In this document: positions 21,447 through 22,551 of the stretch, piece after piece
How the letters are laid out: each line of letters begins with the position of its first letter
Numbering within the stretch: position 1 is the first letter of the stretch
Source of the DNA: Zygophlyctis sp. KS116
Lineage: Eukaryota; Fungi; Chytridiomycota
Reading direction: 5' to 3'
NCBI GenBank assembly: GCA_054661495.1
Contig: BAAFSQ010000162.1
Coordinates: 1 to 22,551 of the forward strand
Length of the DNA stretch: 22,551 nucleotides
Made by a program: the position numbers and the translations under genes
Notes under the pieces: generated by a model
Database searches by the model: none
What the model was told of the DNA's origin: nothing
What the model saw: only the letters and a program-made list of their open reading frames with translations

Positions 21447-22479
21447 ATGTCACCACCACATCAGAGCGACAAATCATCTGCTACAGCCAGAATTCTTGGC
21501 TCAGGGACTTCGGGCGTTCTCGAACTCTTGGGATTCCATCCAGTTGATACAATCGCTAAACGTTTGATGACAAATTCTTCACCGGTATGAAAGCATCTCT
21601 TATCAGTAGATAACAAAAGCTAATTTGAATCAAGTCATATTTAAAAACGCTGCAGATAAGGGGGCTTTAGGAAAGTATAGCTCATTATTTCCAGGTCTGG
21701 GATTCGCTGCTGGTTATAAAATTTCCCAAAGGATCTATAAATTTGGAGGACATCCAGCAGTTAATGACTTTTTAAATAAGCATTATAAAAAGGATTTTGA
21801 AAGGGTTTTTGGTGATCGTCAGGCTAAAATGTGGATGCATGCAACGGCTGGGAGGTTATTTTAAAAATTTTAATTTCTAGTATAATTGGAATAGGAGAAA
21901 TTGCTCTTTTACCATTGGATGTCCTTAAAATTAAAATGCAAACTAATGCTGCACAATTTGAAAAACAATCAGTTTTGCAAATTGTTAAATCAGAAGGATG
22001 GGGTCTTTATAGAGGTGCATCATGGACTGCTGCTAGAGTAAATTTAATTTCTTTTTACTTTAGAATGCACCTGGATCATTTGCGCTTTTTGGAGCTTCGG
22101 CTGCAGTTAAAGAATATGGATTTGGATTACAGGATTTTCACAAGGCTACATTTTTTGAAAATTTTGTTGCATCTATTGGAGGTGCTGTTGCAAGTATTAC
22201 ATTATCTGCTCCTGTATTATAAAGTTTTTAACAGTTTAGTTGGACGTGATAAAAACCAGAATTCAGTCAAAGTCTGCAGATCAGGCCCAGGCAGGATGGA
22301 CTATAGTTCGAAATATGATTGCTCAAGAAGGCTTTTCATCCTTTTTCAAAGGATTGACTCCAAAGCTTCTAGTTGTTGGACCAAAGTTGATATTTAGGTA
22401 ATTTCTTTTAAGAACTAATTCAAGTTTTACTGTTGCCCAACAATTAATCCCTCTATTTAGCGAGTTATTAGATAAATAG
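21447..22479 (+). CDS. GGC1: Mitochondrial GTP/GDP carrier; introns 21585-21609, 21855-21880, 22038-22063, 22214-22239, 22398-22424
   Basis: ARILGSGTSGVLELLGFHPVDTIAKRLM, SLFPGLGFAAGYKISQRIYKFGG, IGIGEIALLPLDVLKIK, WTAARNAPGSFALFG, PLDVIKTRIQ, FKGLTPKLLVVGPKL. Confidence 0.95.
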
Positions 22480-22551
22480 AAACTTTGATCTAAGATTCTA
22501 TTTTGCAATTACAATCTTGAGATTCGAGATTCAAGTTTGAAATAAAACAGT

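Noticed and set aside
9048-22479. Functional gene cluster, or frameshifted pseudogenes, in the host-gene block
   Set aside because: The functions are unrelated housekeeping roles, and the ORF breaks I examined are explained by frame-restoring mini-introns.
1-22551. tRNA, rRNA, CRISPR or telomeric arrays
   Set aside because: No cloverleaf, rRNA-like segment, regularly spaced repeat array or tandem TTAGGG tract was seen by eye.

Overview
AT-rich eukaryotic DNA, most likely from a very compact zoosporic (chytrid-like) fungus; the taxon is inferred from gene content, the Crypton and intron size. The window has two parts. (1) About 1-8990 is a scrambled transposon island: two oppositely oriented pogo-type DDE transposase fragments, a decayed 5'-truncated Ty1/copia element, an apparently intact intron-containing Crypton (tyrosine recombinase plus GCR1_C domain), and several pseudogene fragments. 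(2) About 9050-22480 holds seven densely packed housekeeping genes: CSN1, TYR1, DOA1/PLAA, UPF2, MIA40, a CLASP/STU1-like gene and GGC1. Their spliceosomal introns are tiny (mostly 22-31 nt), intergenic gaps are as short as 19-34 bp, and one pair of CDSs overlaps. The main points of interest are the intact Crypton, two candidate intron births by AG|GT duplication inside transposons, the near-absent intergenic spacing, and an animal-type soluble Mia40. All exon structures were spliced by hand and none was checked against transcripts.
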